DNA of 62,996 nt, the filler included, from Globobulimina sp. (taxonomy: Eukaryota), in NCBI GenBank assembly GCA_003354225.1. It is 51 parts of 51 records of this genome, joined end to end, with 100 filler letters (N's around TTAATTAATTAA, not from the genome) between each part and the next. Parts side by side here need not be neighbours in the genome. Positions count along the whole stretch, not along the records: positions 1 to 1,138 come from PIVH01022584.1; positions 1,239 to 2,376 come from PIVH01022585.1; positions 2,477 to 3,614 come from PIVH01022586.1; positions 3,715 to 4,852 come from PIVH01022587.1; positions 4,953 to 6,090 come from PIVH01022588.1; positions 6,191 to 7,328 come from PIVH01022589.1; positions 7,429 to 8,566 come from PIVH01022590.1; positions 8,667 to 9,804 come from PIVH01022591.1; 43 more parts are not named here. One strand, 5' to 3'. A model generated the notes under the pieces. That model was not told the origin of the DNA and made no database searches. It saw nothing but the letters and a program-made list of their open reading frames with translations. Every line of letters begins with the position of its first letter. Position 1 is the stretch's first letter. Of the stretch, positions 1 through 13,373 are shown piece by piece. The translations under genes and the position numbers were made by a program.

Positions 1-41
1 TGAAAGATATTGATGAAGTAAATAAAAATAATAATCGTTTT

Positions 42-626
42 GTGGAAATACCGGATGATTATTATCGCAAAATACGAATAAAAAATGTAATGAAACGTAT
101 TGATCCTAATTATATTTTGGAAATTGTGGTTGAAAAATATGATAAAAAGAAAGGAATTTGGCCAATTCAAACTAAAATAAATGATTCAAAAAAATCCGAA
201 AAATGGAGAAACAATATTCAAATTGGAGATATTTTGGATGTGCTGCGGGATGGAGATTATCCAAAATGGTATCAAAGTTTTGTTCGATATATTGAGATTA
301 AAGAATTATCAAAAGATTCAATAAAACTAATTATGGATGGAATAACCAGTATAAATGGTGATAAATTAAAAGAACACAAAGTTAAATTGTATAATGATAG
401 TTTATCTGTGGGGGATACAAAAATAATGTATATTCATTATATGGGAACAAAAAAAGTCATTGATCATTGTCGAAAATTTGAAGCTTTTGATTTGGAACAT
501 GTTGCAAAACGCAATACCAACACATCTGTTCCTTTCAGACGAAGGAGAAATGACTCTTGGGTTCCGGTACCCAATCTTTTCGCAACTTATTCCCATCTCG
601 AATCTAGTGGTGCAGAATCGTACTAG
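42..626 (+). CDS. Tudor/chromo-barrel-like domain protein, 3' part
   Basis: Pattern WRNNIQIGDILDV..KWYQSFV...IHYMG resembles royal-family barrels; frame is open from the contig start. Confidence 0.4.
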   Translation: MEIPDDYYRKIRIKNVMKRIDPNYILEIVVEKYDKKKGIWPIQTKINDSKKSEKWRNNIQIGDILDVLRDGDYPKWYQSFVRYIEIKELSKDSIKLIMDGITSINGDKLKEHKVKLYNDSLSVGDTKIMYIHYMGTKKVIDHCRKFEAFDLEHVAKRNTNTSVPFRRRRNDSWVPVPNLFATYSHLESSGAESY

Positions 627-651
627 TCTTAGAGTTTTTGTTTGAACCATC

Positions 652-1138
652 ATGTCCACAAAAAAAACATTCTTATTAATGGACCGACATATTTTACTGT
701 GTTTTGTAGCATTTATTCTACTATGTGTAGATTCACAACTTACCATTGACACCGCTATTTATCCATATTCCGGAACTACGCCAACAGTCTTTTTCGATCA
801 AGGCAAAATAGATGAAATTGAATGGAAAATATCGGGATGTATGGCTGGTGTCAATGCAATCAAATCATTAAAATGGAATGGCGGCACCGGAACAGACGGT
901 TGTGATGACAGCGCGGTTGGTCTCACCATTTGTACCACTGTCAATTTAGCAGCGGATGAATATATTAACGCATATCGTGTTGAATGGGAAGAAGACGGTG
1001 CAGTGAAGGATGAAATTTCTACGACTCGCACTTATAATAATGACACACTTGGAACCGGTACAAAAGACATTGATATGGTTTTTATTATAATTGTAAGTTT
1101 GATTTGTTTATGTTTTATAATTATTGCATTGGTTATTT
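652..1138 (+). CDS. Secreted/single-pass membrane protein with a partial jacalin-like lectin region
   Basis: N-terminal hydrophobic signal, FFDQGKI...LAADEYINAYRV, C-terminal TM helix. Confidence 0.3.
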
Positions 1139-1238
1139 NNNNNNNNNNNNNNNNNNNNNNNNNNNNNNNNNNNNNNNNNNNNTTAATTAATTAANNNNNN
1201 NNNNNNNNNNNNNNNNNNNNNNNNNNNNNNNNNNNNNN
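1139..1238. other. Artificial contig-joining linker N44-TTAATTAATTAA-N44 (first of ~50 copies, one every ~1237 bp)
   Basis: The same N-padded 12-mer, with stops in all six frames, recurs at fixed spacing between unrelated sequences. Confidence 0.99.
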
Positions 1239-2304
1239 AGCATGCCACTGTACTCTTCGAGCCATTATTATATGATAAATTTGACTTAATTTCAATGCTA
1301 TATCATCAAGTAGAAATATTATATCTGGTGTGCCACAGGGTTCTTGTCTAGGACCTTCACTATTCATAGCATACATTGATGGTCTTCAAGGTTTAAATTT
1401 GTCTGAGAATACTAGGTGTTTATGTTATGCCGATGATTTGGCACTAATTAAGCCAATTCGCTCCATTCAGGATGAGACTGATCTAGAGGAGGATATAAAT
1501 AAAATGTCAAATTTTATAAAATCACATCACCTTCTTTTGAATTCAAGTAAAACTAAATATTTAATTTTTGGTCGCCATCCTACCCCTCCTACACTAAACA
1601 GTATCCTTTTGTTAGATGGGTCTCGTCTTGAGTCAGTTGATGTTTTCAAATATCTTGGTGTACATTTAGATAGAAGACTCTCATTCACGCACCATGCCGA
1701 TCTTTCTGCTAAAAAGGCCATTAAGGCCATTGGAGCTTATAGTAGAAATTTTGGTAAGGTTGCACCATCATATGTGTTTGAGAAAATATATCATGTATGT
1801 ATTGTTCCTGGGATGATGTATGGCATCGAAACCTGGTGGCCACGGGCTAAATTTGCACAGTCCAATATTGAAAAAGTGCAACGTCTGGCACTTCGAAAAT
1901 TCACCAACAATTACAATTGGACGATTTCTTATTCAGACTTAATGCATCAAGCTAATGACGTTGGTAATCGTTCATGGATTCCATTATGGCAAAAGGTGGT
2001 GTCACAGAGAATAATTTTATTACATAAATATTGGTTTGATTTGAGATATTTTCCTAGAGAATTTATGTTACAGCCAGATCCTGATGTTAGGCGTAGTGTT
2101 AGACTTCAATCTCACAATTTATGTTTAGAACTGCCACATTTTTCGACTTTTAAAACCAGTTCTACATTTTTATACTTTACGGCAGATTTATGGAATATAT
2201 TAGAATCCGATATTGTACATAGTAAGCCAGAAATGTTTAAGAAGTATGCTGTTTCAAATGAATTTATTCAATTAATAGAGAGTCGTTATGGTACATTATT
2301 ATAG
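1239..2304 (+). mobile_element. Non-LTR (LINE) retrotransposon reverse transcriptase, 3' part
   Basis: SGVPQGSCLGPSLF, YADD, LNSSKTK, FKYLGVHLD, IEKVQRLALR motifs. Confidence 0.92.
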
Positions 2305-2476
2305 CTGAAAAGTCCCCTACTATACTACTTCTGGCTGTAACATAAATTCTCTAGGAAAATATCTCAAATCAAACCANNNNNNNNNNNNNNNNNNNNNNNN
2401 NNNNNNNNNNNNNNNNNNNNTTAATTAATTAANNNNNNNNNNNNNNNNNNNNNNNNNNNNNNNNNNNNNNNNNNNN

Positions 2477-3498
2477 TCATTTAGTGCGCGAGTTTTCCAT
2501 CGAAAGTCTTTTATTTCTGTTTGAAATGATGCAGATTAAAAATCAACTCCTCAATAAACAGTTTAATAAATATATGAAATCCAACATAATCTGATTGGAA
2601 TACCAGATTTCAGCTACTTTGATCTCATCAAAGTTGAACATAATTTATATTCAAAGATATTAAATGAATATAAATGTTCAACTTTGATGAACTAAATCAA
2701 CTGAAACCTGTTGATTATATTAAATTTAATCGAATATTATTTGGATTTCATGTCAGTTTACTCGATGAGAATGAAATTGGAATTGTAATTGGAATGAACT
2801 GTGAAAGAATAAACAAGAACAGGAGAGAGGATGGTAATATTGTATCGACAGACACATTAAAGGACAATTTACAACATATAGTTGATACATATATTTGTGA
2901 TGACAGTGAGCATTCAATCAATATCTCATCAAAGACCAGACAAAAAATACTTGCTTCATTTGCTAAAGTTAAGGTCGAAGTGTATAATGTTCCGAAATAT
3001 GATTGGATGGATACAAGGGCTGTATATCGGACACAAAGTACAACTTCCTTTGGTTCACCAGAGGAGGAAGAATGGAGTGATTTGGAACAAAAAACACCTA
3101 AACATGTACAAACAATGCATATGCATAAAATGCAAAGAATGAAAGGTGTGGATGGTGAAGATGATGAATATAGTAAATTGGAGATGAATTCGCCTGTTAA
3201 AGTGCCTCGAATGAATGCCATTAACATTGATGATGTAACAATTGAGCCGTTACAAGAAGCTCCAACTTATGAATGGATGGGAAAAAAAGGAAATAATACA
3301 ATAGAAAATGAAAAATATGATAAAGATAATAAATTAATGATTGAATATTTACAAACATTTGATAAGGCTATGTCGGAGATAATAAATTTATTAAATGGTG
3401 ATTCTTTGTTAAGATTTTATTCTACCAGTGATTATCAGAGGGTTTTAAAGGAATTTGTAAGTTTAAATAGTAATAATACCACCCAATGTTTTGTATGA
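2477..3498 (+). CDS. RGS-domain protein, C-terminal part; intron 2561-2756
   Basis: Exon HLVREFSIESLLFLFE joins in frame via GT..AG to SINISSKTRQKI...FDKAMSEIINLLNGDSLLRF. Confidence 0.8.
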
Positions 3499-3714
3499 GA
3501 TATGTTAATCTTTTGTATAATTATATCATTGTTTTTGTGCTCCAGCTCCTCTTTGAGATCCTACAAGAAATACTACGTTGAATCATGGACACAGTAAATG
3601 ATATCGATGATGCTNNNNNNNNNNNNNNNNNNNNNNNNNNNNNNNNNNNNNNNNNNNNTTAATTAATTAANNNNNNNNNNNNNNNNNNNNNNNNNNNNNN
3701 NNNNNNNNNNNNNN

Positions 3715-4524
3715 AGCAAATTCATTGAAATAAATTGTATTTCCTATGCAGGTTGCAACAATCACCAAAACTCTATAAACTGGAATGACATGAATTACAT
3801 TAAACTTTTGTATAGCTTTTTGTCTCCAATATTCGAGTATTATGGCTTCGAATATAAATCCGATTATCATTGCATAGAACCAACAATTGTATAAATATGC
3901 CAATTTAAATGGAAATATACAAAGAACCAAACATTTGGTCAGTATCTGGTGAATTGATCCAAAATACGCTGCAATTTCAGTGTATAATAGCAGCCAATTG
4001 TTGTTTTGCTGCGGTTGTTTACAAAGTTTGCTCATAAAAATACAAATAATGGACACAGCAGAAAATATAGAAAAACATATGATTAATGACATCGGTAAAT
4101 CATTAAATGATTTTGGTAAATCATTTGTATTCGAATGCGGTCCAAATAAAACAATGAAAATATTTCCGAGGATCATTAATGTCATTGCGGGAATATCAAA
4201 CTTTCGCAACTTTTCATTTAACATTTTCGAGGCAAAAATTGCATTAAAAACTAACGCCAAACTTCCCAATGACACGAAAATTGATTGCGATCCAGGCGCG
4301 AATATTAATGCCAGTCCACCAAGGAATGTGCCAGCAAAATACGATATGATTCCCAATATCCATAAACAATTTGTTGCGTAACATTTACTCTTCTTATTTT
4401 TATCTGCCTCTGCAATGTTGTTATGTGCTTTCTTTTGTATTACATTACCGATTGAATGTAACAGGTTTGCTAGAATTACCAATGAGATTCCAATGCTTAT
4501 CTTGCAGTCTTCCCAATCCATCAA
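3715..4524 (-). CDS. NIPA-type magnesium transporter / DMT superfamily protein, 3'-truncated
   Basis: Multi-TM protein with GNVIQKKAH, WILGI, SLGSLALVFNAIFASKMLNEK. Confidence 0.8.
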
Positions 4525-5002
4525 TTCTTGATTTACGGATCTGCGGATTACCGCTAATAATAATTAATACTGTGCAGCTGTAATGCGCTGAACCATGTTT
4601 TTTGTTGTCTTTTTTCTTATCTTTCTTTTTATCTCTCTCCTTTCGTTTGTCCTTCCTTTCTTTTTTATCCTTTGTGTTGTATGAGTCCCATTCATCGATG
4701 GATGAGCGCTTTCAATTTCAGTTTTTTGTTAATGTATTAAAAGTAACTTTAACTAAAAAACATTTACTCAAAATAATGCAAACTTATGTGTGGATACTAA
4801 TTATGGGGATTGTCTGTTATTTTATAGGTGCTAAAATATTTGATTACATGGANNNNNNNNNNNNNNNNNNNNNNNNNNNNNNNNNNNNNNNNNNNNTTAA
4901 TTAATTAANNNNNNNNNNNNNNNNNNNNNNNNNNNNNNNNNNNNNNNNNNNNACGAAAACGAGGAAAATTTAAAATGTTTTAAATGGATCCGCAACTTAT
5001 CA

Positions 5003-6035
5003 ATGTTACAAAACGGCGAAACGCAGAGATATTATACACCGACCATTGTTTATCACACTTTCAATGAAAATTGTGGTGCTTCCATTGCTGGCCATCATTT
5101 CACTAAAAATCTATATGTCGAAAATGCCCAATATTTCCCTTTCAACAAAACCAACCATGACAATGGCGTATATTTCAGGTGCGTATACTACAAAATGTCT
5201 ATAAATATGCTCGTATATATAATATATTTTGACACAAATCAGTATTTTCCGGGTTGGCGCGCCAAATATCTGTGATTTGATCATGATAAACAAAGATGAA
5301 CTCTCCGTAAAGAATAACTTCAATGATCAGGATATGGACTTATATTACCATCAGTTGCCATCATTTGATTCATTTAATGTGTCGACCCCATCAGTATTGT
5401 ACCACAATAATCATTTATTTGCTGTTGGTGGCTTTTCCACAGATTATATGTTTGAGAAAAATGCTTTAAATGACATATATTGCCTCGACTTAACAGCACA
5501 TGGCAATGAGTGGCAATGTGTGAGTGACAAAACCAAATTAAAACTCTCTAAATTTGGCGCGTGTTTGTCGTTCCTCACTGGCAATATGTTGATGGTTATC
5601 GGTGGCTGCAACAAAGAGAATGTCGCCACAAAAACTGTAGAACTGTATCACTTTGAGGATAATTGTTATATCATCGAAGATGAGGCAAAGATTAAAAATA
5701 AAAGTGTGCTGTTGAGTGATACGCAATGTCCACATTTTAATGCAGGAATTGTTGGAAATATCGGTTATGATCACAATAAATTATGTATTGGTTCTGGACA
5801 AAATGTGGAACTTTATGACATGTACAAAGATTCATGGATTTTGACCAAGAATACAAATAAGTTCCATTATAATCCACAGTTATGGGTGCATTTGGAGCAT
5901 AGGAATATTGTGTATGTTGCGAGTAGTCAATGTATTGAATGGATGGATATACGGAAACCAAATAAATTTTGGACAATCTATAAACAAAATGCTGACGACA
6001 ACGTTTCATGCTATAATGATATACAAATTGTTTGA
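5003..6035 (+). CDS. Kelch-repeat protein (probable intron ~5179-5243)
   Basis: LFAVGG, LMVIGG, VELYDMYKDSW, EWMDIR..KFW kelch-like blades. Confidence 0.65.
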
Positions 6036-6804
6036 CATTTATTGCATAGATTTGCTTTTTTTTCATTATTTAATGTGTTAAAATACATATNNNNNNNNNN
6101 NNNNNNNNNNNNNNNNNNNNNNNNNNNNNNNNNNTTAATTAATTAANNNNNNNNNNNNNNNNNNNNNNNNNNNNNNNNNNNNNNNNNNNNGGGGTTAACT
6201 TTTTAATGTTTAGTTCACTTTAGTTGCTTATTGCCAAAGGTATCAATTTTATTCCACTAAAACAGACAAATTTGAAACTTGTTTCAAATTCAACATAGGT
6301 CTGCAATGTACACATATATCTAGTTGCGAACTTCAAACCCAGAATTTAACTGTATACATTGAATTGGATCTATATCCACAACGGTAAAAATACAACAACC
6401 CAAATACGCTCCAACAACTGGCGATTGAGTCGGATTGACTATTTAGATTTAGATGAATTTAACATAAACTTTGGTGTAAAAAACACAAGCTTTAGCACGG
6501 ATAAACAAGAGAGGAGAAACACAGAACACACATATAAAATATAAATACAAATACGTTTAAACATTATATTAAATTATTAATAGTTAATACTAAATAACCA
6601 CATTGTTGAGTTTAAGTATTTTGATAATACTTTTGAATTAACTCAACAATTGTTATCAACAAAAAAATAGTTATTAATAATATACATTAATACGGGCAAA
6701 AATTATTTTAATCAACAAAAAAAAGAGATTGCTATTAATTAAATTCTATTAAAAATATAAATTTTAATACGGGCAATTAATAATTATTTTATTTAACAAA
6801 AAAT

Positions 6805-7328
6805 CTAGTGACTAAATATTACATTCTGTTCATTTTCATCGGTTAGAAAGATTATTTTATTCAACATAGGATCAATATTATACTTATTTACTGCAGCAGC
6901 GAATTCATGATCAGCTTCAATATCAATTTGCGGATTGTAATCCACAAAAACAAAATTCATATTATCACTCGTATTGGTATTGGTATTGCCGTACGTATTG
7001 CCACTCGCAAATGTTGTGGACCATGTTGTTAATGTTAAATGATCCATTTCTTCCTCTTCGTTGAGTTCATTGTTCAGATTATCATCATCTGAAATAGCTA
7101 TACATTCTCCCCATTCAATATGTATATTATGATTATTGTCACTCGCGTTCAAATTGGGCGAAATTGGACTGATTGGAGATGTATATTTATATTGGCGACT
7201 TTCAGCAATTGGTTTTAGATGACATGGCAATGATAATTTGCATGCTTGTGCGGATAAATTCGAGCTGGGTGTATTTGATGATAAATATGGCATTTGTTGA
7301 TTTTGTTCATGTTCATGTTGATCGGCTG
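6805..7328 (-). CDS. Hypothetical low-complexity protein, C-terminal part
   Basis: Open frame only; no recognisable domain. Confidence 0.3.
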
Positions 7329-7428
7329 NNNNNNNNNNNNNNNNNNNNNNNNNNNNNNNNNNNNNNNNNNNNTTAATTAATTAANNNNNNNNNNNNNNNN
7401 NNNNNNNNNNNNNNNNNNNNNNNNNNNN

Positions 7429-8566
7429 ATACAAATTCCTACGAATTATTAGAAACTGTCATTGGCTGTCTCGGCAATGGCAGTCACGACGTACGCAGAT
7501 CCATCGCCATCTCATTAGGCAAATACTGCGAACATATGACCTCCAAAAATATACGAAACAAAGCCGTGAATGCGTTGATAGCAAACTACAAATCGCACGC
7601 TGACATATTGCTCATCAAAGAGAAGAAGAAAATATCAAAATGGACTTTCCGCCACGGCGTCGCCTTATCGTTGGCCCGCATCGCCGGCCTCCGCAGCCTG
7701 GAAAAACATTTTGTGCTCAGAATATTGGACTTCTTATTAAAAATTGGATTGTCCGAAGCCGACCAAAAAGTGTATAAACAAAACTTAAATTGCGGCCGTT
7801 CCTTATTTGAAGCGCATGGCGCGGCGTATCCCCACGATTTTTTTGAGAAATTGGAGAGTGCTCTGAGTAAAGTCGAAAACGAAGAAACTGTCCGCTCCGA
7901 CTGGATACGCCAAGGCAATGTCATATTTACTGCGTGTTTAGTGGAACAAATCGATGCTAACGACTCGAAATTAGATGATAAGATCGAGGCTGTCATGGAT
8001 ACGTTACTCGCAATCATATCCACGCCCTCTTTTGATGTACAATATGCGATTTGCGACTCGTTGACGCATCTAATCACGCGCCGCAATTTGAAATCTAAAG
8101 CGCAGAAATATGTCAATAAATTGCTACATTTATTGACCAGTTCGCGGGATTTAGCCGGCCGCCGCGGCGCCGCTATGGGTCTGGCCGCCATTGTGCGCGG
8201 TTTGAAGATCCCCAGTGTGTCGAGCTTGGGCATTATGAATTTCTTAGCCAAGGCTGTCAACCATAAGACACAGCCGCTCAGTCGACATGGCGCGTTATTG
8301 TGTTATAAGGAATTATTCACAGTGTTGGGCACTGCCTTCGAGCCGTTTGTGATTAAGGTTTTGCCGCATTTATTAACGCGATTCGGCGACGAAAACGCTG
8401 AAGTGAGGAAAGCCACGGCCGCCGCCAGTAAAGCAGTGATGAAGAATTTAAGCAATTTCGGCATCAAAATGGTACTGCCATTGGTGCTGATCGCGTTGGA
8501 TAAAAATGATTGGCGCACTAAAGTGCAGTCGTCGCAGATGTTGGGCCAAATGGCGTACTGCGCTCC
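7429..8566 (+). CDS. GCN1: eIF2-alpha kinase activator GCN1 (HEAT repeats), internal fragment
   Basis: RRGAAMGLAAIVRG, RHGALL..LGTAFEPFVIKVLPHLL.FGD, WRTKVQS..LGQMAYCAP match conserved GCN1 segments. Confidence 0.93.
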
Positions 8567-8971
8567 NNNNNNNNNNNNNNNNNNNNNNNNNNNNNNNNNN
8601 NNNNNNNNNNTTAATTAATTAANNNNNNNNNNNNNNNNNNNNNNNNNNNNNNNNNNNNNNNNNNNNGGAATGTTAAAGGGGAAAAAAAAAGCACAAAGGA
8701 AGCAAAAATGCAAAAATCTGCTTCGTAATTATTTGTCCATGGCACTTATATTTGCTTGCCATAGCCTCATAATGGCTCCATCTATGCCAGGTTATAAAGT
8801 AGAATGACGAAAAAAACACGGAAGATGATGAAGAATTTCTCTTCGTTATATATTTAGATTCGAAATGTAACTATATAACAATACCGATTGCTGCTGCTGC
8901 TGTTTCTATGTATACACATTTATAAATTAAGCAACTGCCAATATATATTGAATGTGGATATATTCGATTGC

Positions 8972-9712
8972 TTAACTTTCATCATCGCCATTTTGAGCGA
9001 ACAAAATATTATATTTATATGGACCGCGTCTAACTGCGTTGATTCTCTCTAAATGCTTTTTTTTCTCTAAGATATATTGTTTTAATTCGACGAATGACGG
9101 ATCTGAGCAATCGTTAAATTTTGTTAGATATTGACCAGTGACAAAAAAATCTTCATCCCCTTCCCGTTCTGGCTTGTCATCGTTTGTCAAATATCCGTAA
9201 TCATAAATATGTAATAAATAGCAATGAATGTTATCAAATAAATCGATCCAAAATGTGAGTTCAACATTGTTTAGCTCATCGTTGTCGATATCATAAATAA
9301 CATCTTCTTCCTCTGCATCTGTTTGGTTTCTTTGCACTATGACACATTTATAAAGATGGCATGCCGATATTTCATATTTATTCATTAATAGTTTATGTAT
9401 ATGGGAGATATCATTCTCATGAACAAACAGCATATGATGGAAATCATTAAGTAGCTCAGTATATTTTGTGGCAAATTCAATTAATTCCGTTTGGTGTTTT
9501 ATTATATCAATGTTATGATAATATTTTAATGCTTTTATTACTCTTTGAATAGATCCACATTCATTACAATTGCAACTGCCATCACTTTCAAACGATACCG
9601 TCTCCTCTTCATTGTACCTGATAGTGAATGCAGGAACCTTTAAAAATGGTTTAGATGCACTTTCTTGAAACTCGTCATCACTTTTCCTATCAGGAAAGCA
9701 ACCGCAACCCAT
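8972..9712 (-). CDS. Cys/His-rich hypothetical protein of a lineage-expanded family; N-terminal MGCGC acylation motif
   Basis: 246-aa complete ORF; CGSIQRVIKALKYY, LLNDFHH, FDNIHCYLLH motifs. Confidence 0.55.
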   Translation of the reverse strand: MGCGCFPDRKSDDEFQESASKPFLKVPAFTIRYNEEETVSFESDGSCNCNECGSIQRVIKALKYYHNIDIIKHQTELIEFATKYTELLNDFHHMLFVHENDISHIHKLLMNKYEISACHLYKCVIVQRNQTDAEEEDVIYDIDNDELNNVELTFWIDLFDNIHCYLLHIYDYGYLTNDDKPEREGDEDFFVTGQYLTKFNDCSDPSFVELKQYILEKKKHLERINAVRRGPYKYNILFAQNGDDES

Positions 9713-9994
9713 TGTATGTTAGTGAAAAAACCGGAGATGTTTAAGCAAACGATGATCGGATTTAGGCGTAGATAATTTCCAGCTTTCAAAAGAATTTTTC
9801 AAGTNNNNNNNNNNNNNNNNNNNNNNNNNNNNNNNNNNNNNNNNNNNNTTAATTAATTAANNNNNNNNNNNNNNNNNNNNNNNNNNNNNNNNNNNNNNNN
9901 NNNNGTTCAATTGTTATTACTTTACAATTTGTGAGACATTTATTAATAACTAACCCTTAAACTTTCACTTAAAAAAACAAAGAAAAAGAAATAT

Positions 9995-11042
9995 ATGGCT
10001 TCCTCTATAGAACAGACGTTTACGTATTTGGTTTCAGAGATTTATAAAAAAACGCAGTCAGCATTACATCATCAACATGGTAACATTTGGCATTTATCAC
10101 AAATTTGCGCACAAATCACCGATTTAATACTACGATCACAAGCATTGTCATTAAACACGGAAATAAATCATGATACAAAATCTATTTTAATTTCTCCGCA
10201 ACAATCATTGCAACTCATTAATGAAACCGTCGCAAAATTATTAAACAGCGATGCAAATCCTGGCATTCAAACACTTAAAATGCAGTTTACTTTATCAGCA
10301 ATGACAAAAGAGTCCGATGTAGAAACTAGCAAAAAAATTGAATGTCATCGAAAAGAATTTGATGAAAAAAGTAGAGAAATCTCTAAAAATATACCATATA
10401 ATAACTCCACAATGAAAAAATTGTACAATGATTTGTTTGCATTGTTATGTTTTAATGAGAGATATGTTGAGAATAAAAAGGAAAATGAAGAAATAGATCG
10501 TATATCGGAGAGAGAGATGACAGCAGCTTTAGAGAATGTGTTCCCCCGTTCACAGATTAAAGAATATAAACGTTTATCGAACGAAAATAAAGTATTGCGA
10601 ATAAAGGAATTAATTGACATTATTTATGGCATTCGTTTGTATGATAAAGATGTTGGAAAAGGTGGTTCGTCGATAACTGATATGTCCAAATTGATCGAAA
10701 TGGATCTATCGGAATTATATAATGAAATAAATGAGAAAATGCAAAGTGTACAAATCGAAATAGAAAATTATACAAAAATCTTAGAATTGGAATATACGAA
10801 ACCAGGCACAATCACTACGCCATTATTATCCATGCAATCTGAGATTAGAAACAGATTTCAATTTGGTGCATATTTAAAGCGTTTTAAAGATGAAATTATT
10901 CAAAGCACCGAAATATTGCATACAATAAATAAAAAATTTGCTGACGAATTAAAATCATTACATTTATTATTTAAATCGGAACAACATCCATTAAAAAAAT
11001 TAGTGTATCCAAAGTTCGATCAGTTATCAATATTACGCAAAT
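9995..11042 (+). CDS. CFAP206: Cilia- and flagella-associated protein 206, 5' part
   Basis: TLKMQ, EMTAALENVFP, ELIDIIYGIRLYDKDVGKGG, VYPKF. Confidence 0.85.
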
Positions 11043-11285
11043 NNNNNNNNNNNNNNNNNNNNNNNNNNNNNNNNNNNNNNNNNNNNTTAATTAATTAANN
11101 NNNNNNNNNNNNNNNNNNNNNNNNNNNNNNNNNNNNNNNNNNTTGTCTATGATACAAAACCAAAAAAAAAAAGACGATAAATGAGTTATTTATTTATATG
11201 ATTATACACGAACACTAGCTCAAACACAAAAAATACACAAAAAAAAATAAAAAATCTAGTTTATTATTATATATTACATTACATA

Positions 11286-12280
11286 TTACATATTTGTAAC
11301 TCCACCTTCACCTTCCGTTGCTACATATTGTTTTGCGGATGGCATAACATCAAAGTATGCTGGGGGTTGAGCCTCCATTTCAACACTATTATATGGTGGT
11401 GGCGCATCCTCATAATTACCAGGTGCTGATGGTGCAGATGGTGCTGATGGAGCTCCAGGAATTGGTGTTTCCATTGATGGCGCAGACGGGCCAGCATTTA
11501 ACATCATTTGAAGCAATTGGACATCTTTTGCCAATTGGACATCATTTGTTGTGCCATAACTTGCATTACTACTAACCGCAGATACTGATCCTACCGCAGA
11601 CAAAGCTGGTTGCGGTCTGATAAACATTGGAGTTGGTTTCATCACAATTGGCTGAGCCGCATAACGTGTAACAACTACAGGCGCTGCCACAGGATTAACA
11701 ACCACGGGTTGTCCCGATGTATAATTAATATTATTTGATGGCGGAGTATATTTTGCCACTCTTTTACGTTTCTGACAATAACGATATAAAACACATATTA
11801 ATATACACCCAATAACACCGCCAGCAACACCAACCACAATGGCTACAATTTCGCCAGTTGATAACGTCGAGGCATAACAATTAGAATCGCTCGAATCTTC
11901 CTCATATGATACACTTTTAATAAATTCATTGCAACCACAAGTATCATATCCATATACTTGGTATGGAGAATAACACTCATTGTCATTAAACGCATCGTAT
12001 GTATATCCATAATAATATTCTATTAAACTATTCCCTTTGCAATAAATTGTCAACGAACCAAGACATGATTCTTTATCATCGCAATCCTTACATGAATTTA
12101 GATTAAATGTAATGTTCTCCGCAGTTTCGGCAATATATAGACTTCCCAATCCATTACAGCCTGCACCATAACAATTAAATGTTGTATCATTGGTTGCTAA
12201 AAACCAATGTGAGTCAGAACACGCAGCAGAATATTCTGCCACACATTTAATGGAGACAGATTTGGCATGATTTGCATAAA
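11286..12280 (-). CDS. Single-pass membrane protein with Cys-rich ectodomain and a PPxY/PSAP-containing tail
   Basis: TM IVAIVVGVAGGVIGCILICVLY; tail APSAPSAP, PPPY, PPAY. Confidence 0.65.
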
Positions 12281-12380
12281 NNNNNNNNNNNNNNNNNNNN
12301 NNNNNNNNNNNNNNNNNNNNNNNNTTAATTAATTAANNNNNNNNNNNNNNNNNNNNNNNNNNNNNNNNNNNNNNNNNNNN

Positions 12381-13373
12381 TTTTTATGTTTTCAGTTGAT
12401 ATTACATTCCAGTCATAATCCATTGTATCATCCTGTGGTATATTGGCATAATAAAATGGATTGTTACCATTGTGATCACCGTCATGAATGAATGAATTGA
12501 CAACAATTACTTTACCATTTACAGATATATCCATACCAACATACTGAGAGTTATGTACTGGCGTTATATCTTTAAATATTTCACTAATTTCATTGTAAAT
12601 AAATATACCACTTTCACAAGCAAAATATACTAAATTATTGTTAAATTTCCCAAATCTTGAGTTAAGACATATTGTTAAGTCCACAGAGTTTTGTGGTTTG
12701 ATTAGATTCCATGTTTCACTGTCATCGTTACTGTGATATATACCATATCCATATAATGACACATAAATGTTATAATTGAAAGGATTTAGATTAACAAATA
12801 ATATTCCAAGGTGATATCCAGAATAAGTTAATGTTGTTGAATTTTTAAATGGAAACGATTCAATTTGCAACCATTTTTGACCCCCATTTTGTGTATATAA
12901 TAATCCTTGCATTCTAGAACCGAAATATACAGTTTCATTGCCAGCAATTGTATTTTTAATTGGATTTGGATGGATACATAATCTGCTTCTGGACCATCGG
13001 AAATCTTCGTTTCCTCCAATTACAATTGTGTTAACATTTCCATTTTTATCAGCCAAACCTGATGTTGCTTTAAATGTATTTCCACCATCAATCGACTTCA
13101 AAATGTAACTCAGTCGATCAAATTCATACATTCCTACATTGTCTAACAATGGTTTTTTATTGCTACATTGTCTAACAATGGTTGCCAATGCGAACGTTGA
13201 TTGTTAAATCTATAAATACCTCCAACATCAGTTCGTATATATATTGTGCCGTTCATCGATTGTGTTACGCCAATCACATAACCACCTGCACCAATTTTAA
13301 CTGTATCCCAAATAAAATCACCATTGTTACATTTTGTCAACAATACTGACACTGCTAAAAAAAGTGGTAACAT
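12381..13373 (-). pseudogene. GH74 xyloglucanase-like (BNR beta-propeller) secreted protein, frameshifted at ~13134-13183
   Basis: Signal peptide then WDTVKIGAGGYVIG..IYIRTDVGGIYR..WQPLLD; Asp-box motifs KSIDGGNTF, TQNGGQKW, SNDDSETW lie in another frame. Confidence 0.75.
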
